DNA of 63,866 nucleotides, the filler included, from Choristocarpus tenellus KU-1152 (taxonomy: Eukaryota > Protista > Phaeophyceae): assembly GCA_964200185.2 (NCBI GenBank). It is 12 parts of 12 records of this genome, joined end to end, with 100 filler letters (N's around TTAATTAATTAA, not from the genome) between each part and the next. Parts side by side here need not be neighbours in the genome. Positions count along the whole stretch, not along the records: positions 60,748 to 63,866 come from CAXNAD020022186.1; 11 more parts are not named here. One strand, 5' to 3'. The translations under genes and the position numbers were made by a program. This document shows positions 60,748 through 63,866 of the stretch, in pieces. Within the stretch, counting starts at the first letter, position 1, and every line of letters starts with the position of its first letter. The notes under the pieces are model-generated. The model was given only the letters and a program-made list of their open reading frames with translations. It was not told the origin of the DNA and did no database searches.

Positions 60748-63700
60748 CCAGTGTGTTTGAAGGCATCTTGCAGAGGTTTCCTGCGGCACAAGGCATGGCT
60801 TCCACTTTATTCCCCTACCAAGGCACTTTTCGCGAGAAATTTTTACACGCGTGCCAAACTCACGTGAATATCTCTGGGATTTTGAGCGAAATCGCCGGAA
60901 TACGAGAATTCCGGTACAAAAGCCTATATTTTTTTACTTGTCGAAAAAAGCGGTACAAAATTGCATATTTTTCGATTTGGCTCATAATTGTTTGGTCCAA
61001 AATCGGGGTACTTACTGCATATAATTCTATTCTCCAATGGAAGTTAAATTATCGAAACCAAAATACACCAATATCTTGCTGTCAAGTTTGCATTGGGAGC
61101 TCATGCGTATGGGTTGGTTATGCGTACTTGAAACGGTCAAACAACTTTTGTAGACCTACAACATTCATTGAGTGGCGCTGTACAAACGTTCAGTAGAAAA
61201 TCCACTCAAGACCCTTAATCACAAGCCCGTTTCGGGTCACCCCCGTTCTCAAGGTTTGCATCGATCCACCATTCAATATAGCGTCAATCTAATTGTTCTT
61301 GGAAATCAGATCTATGACCATTCATCCCAAAGAGAGGTGCCAACTAAGTGGGGGGTGTCGTTGGGTTCTATGGGTCCATGTGACTGCCTTGTCGAAAGTG
61401 TATTTTGATCACCTCGGGCTAGCAACAGGACTTTCACGGCTAGTCTTATACAGCCACATCCTCTTAGGGGGTTTAACTCTATTTCAGGGTTGGGCAGGAG
61501 GTATATTGCTCAAGATTGTTCGAAACCAATGACCTCTAAACCTGAAGTGGGTCAAAATTGCCCCCCCTCTTCAATGAGCTTCACTCGAAGTCTGTTGTGG
61601 TACTACTGCTGCTCATTCCAAGAATGTGGGACTATCGCCATCCAGACCATTGTTCTCCACTTTTGGTGTCTTGAGTACAACCACTACAATGTGTTCGTAA
61701 GTAAATCTTCCTCTGGATACTAGGTTACAACTAATGGATCAACTCTCCTGTTTAGAAATATATGCTTGTATGGTAGTATTCTCAAAGATCGGATTTTTTT
61801 TTCATTTTTGCTCAACTACCAAATTTCTGGATTCTGTGTTTGTTCGAGTAAAACCTCCCATGCGTTAAGTCCTCATCATCAATCAGACTTTCACAATGAT
61901 TCACTGCTAAATTCAACCCTGTCGTACTGAACTGTTCTTCTACTGAGTCTTCATATCAATCCAAAATGAGACGAAAACAAGAAAATATTCCCATGGATAG
62001 GTAAAAGTTCAACATTTCATTAAATAGTAAATACAATCCCATCTGGACTGTTGACACCAATCAGGAGCTGCGAGTCAGACCACTGTTGCTCACATTCCCT
62101 CAAAAGGTGTTTGGTCTATCGTATTATTATCAGTGCACTGCATCCGTAAGCAGTGACCACTGCCACAGAACCGCTTGGAGGGCGGGGGAAAATCATCAGA
62201 AATGTCAGGTCTCAGCAAGTTGTATTGGGGAACAGAAAGACCGGCGCCTGTAGGTCCACAGCATCTACATTATAATACTCAAAAAAGCAGCATACAACAA
62301 CCGAAATGGATACTTTGATTGAGCAGGAGCAGTTGGCATTGGTGACTATCTCATGGGTAAACAAAACTGCCATACGCTGTACACAAACGGTAACAGTTGC
62401 TTTGTCCTCCATCTGCCTATTATTTCTGATCATGCCAAGTTACACAATCACAGTAGTACCATCTAGTCCCTGCTCATTCCAATCTACCATCTGGTTATAC
62501 CTGAGATAAGGAAGGATGCGTTTTGTGTTCTCATTAAAACGTGCAACATACATGACACTGCTTGGAGTGGCAAAACATTCCATCATGGCGGAATCGTATT
62601 TTCAGCCGACAGGAAGGTGCGTTTGCACCTCACATGGAGTTTTGGGGAAGTAAAAGGGGGGAGATGACGTAAATACGCTTCTGTATCTCCTGCAATAGTA
62701 TGAAAAGAGTTGTGATGTAATAGTTGTATTCTTTATCATGTTTCCGAAAGGAGGAAGGAAATAGGGGGGATGTATGACATGTTGTAGACACGTCCAAAGT
62801 AAATTCTAATCACCAAACCATGATATGGTCACTCCCTCTTCCCCAACGAGAAAATTGATATTATTCCCGAAACATGGGGCAAGAAAAGCTGTTTTTTAAA
62901 TTACCTTCTACTTTAGGATATACCACAGCTTGTCCAATCAGTAGTGTGGCAGAAATTGTCACAGCACTACTATAAATGGAGGCACTAAATTGAATAATAG
63001 CTCCTGATACAGAGAAAACAATCTATGCTTCCTTGGCCAACCTATCTATAATTTAATTCCATGACATCCACTTTCAAGAGACTGTAGTCTATCTACAATC
63101 TAACAGACAAGGAGAGTGGAGGTGCACGGAGGGCAAAGATCAACACGGATGGGCTACTCTGCTTGAGGCATACATAGTTCATTCTTGCAATATACATGCC
63201 AACAAAACTATGGTGCTAACTGTGCACGAGGGTTTCACCACCCATGTACATCTGACCATGCTCAACACAGTCAAAGCAGCAACTGCCAACCCTTAGGGCA
63301 AGAAAACACATTTGTTGTCCCAGACGTTGACAACTTTAGGGGAGGGGCGGGGGAAATGTCAGTGGGGAGGGGTGATCCCGACCAGCGAGCAGACTGTCTC
63401 CATTCCACGGCATCATCTACATCAGGTTAAAAGGCACTAGCTTCTGGTAGGGCTAGAAAGCCTAGGCAACATATGTACAAATATAGACCCCATCGGCACC
63501 ACAAAAAACCACTGAAGTGAATCTTCTGGACAACGCTTGCAGGACAAGGCTGTCTCCAAATTTCGATTTCAAATGTCCATCCCGTTGTAGACCTTGAAAA
63601 AATCTTGCTCCATGGAGAGTGCCGGTTTCCGGACACGTCCTTGTCCCAGAACCTTAGCTGGGACGCCTACAGCTACACACCTGTTGGTGGGTGAGGGGTC

Positions 63701-63801
63701 ACAGCATATATTTCACAGAAGAGGGGGAGATACAAGAATTAAAAAGATGAACAATATTTCAAGAAAGAGGAGCGATTCCAAGTTTGATGGGTTAGGCTAG
63801 G

Positions 63802-63866
63802 GAGCCAAAGTATCTTAGAGGGTAGAGCCGCGTCCATTTGGGGATCAAAATACAATGTTGTGATTT
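63802..63866 (-). mobile_element. MITE family A, end truncated by window
   Basis: GAGCCAAAGTATCTTAGAGGGTAGAGCCGCGTCCATTTGGG. Confidence 0.92.

Noticed and set aside
60748-62600. Decayed transposon with SWIM-like CSC motif
   Set aside because: Too degenerate; no colinear motif set or termini identified
63185-63690. Two phase-compatible exons of a host gene
   Set aside because: The upstream frame has an in-frame stop after the best acceptor and the peptide is unrecognisable; left uncalled
1-63866. tRNA, rRNA or prokaryote-style operon or defence system
   Set aside because: No cloverleaf or rRNA signature noticed by eye; coding density is very low and genes are spliced

Overview
This is not a contiguous locus. 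It is 12 short eukaryotic contigs joined by 11 identical artificial 100-bp linkers (N44-TTAATTAATTAA-N44, giving stops in all six frames), so adjacency across a linker has no biological meaning. The DNA is intron-rich and repeat-rich. Short TTAGGG runs and an RLE-type LINE fragment weakly suggest a brown alga or related stramenopile (inference only). Contents: (i) two non-autonomous DNA-transposon (MITE) families, ~260 bp (12 copies) and ~190 bp (8 copies), both making 4-bp target-site duplications and sharing terminal and subterminal motifs, with a Sola-like signature; (ii) a mirror-symmetric nest of decayed Ty1/Copia pieces at 4594-13155; (iii) decayed mariner-type, Penelope-like, MULE-like and RLE non-LTR remnants; (iv) exons of host genes: a proline-rich/SH3/PX-like protein, a FANCJ/RTEL1-type DEAH helicase, a coiled-coil protein and a WD40 protein; (v) many mini- and microsatellites and one strong isolated hairpin. 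I found no tRNA, rRNA or CRISPR array and no convincing new multi-gene system. The best candidates for novelty are the paired MITE families with their shared cis-code, and the Copia composite with a shared LTR.
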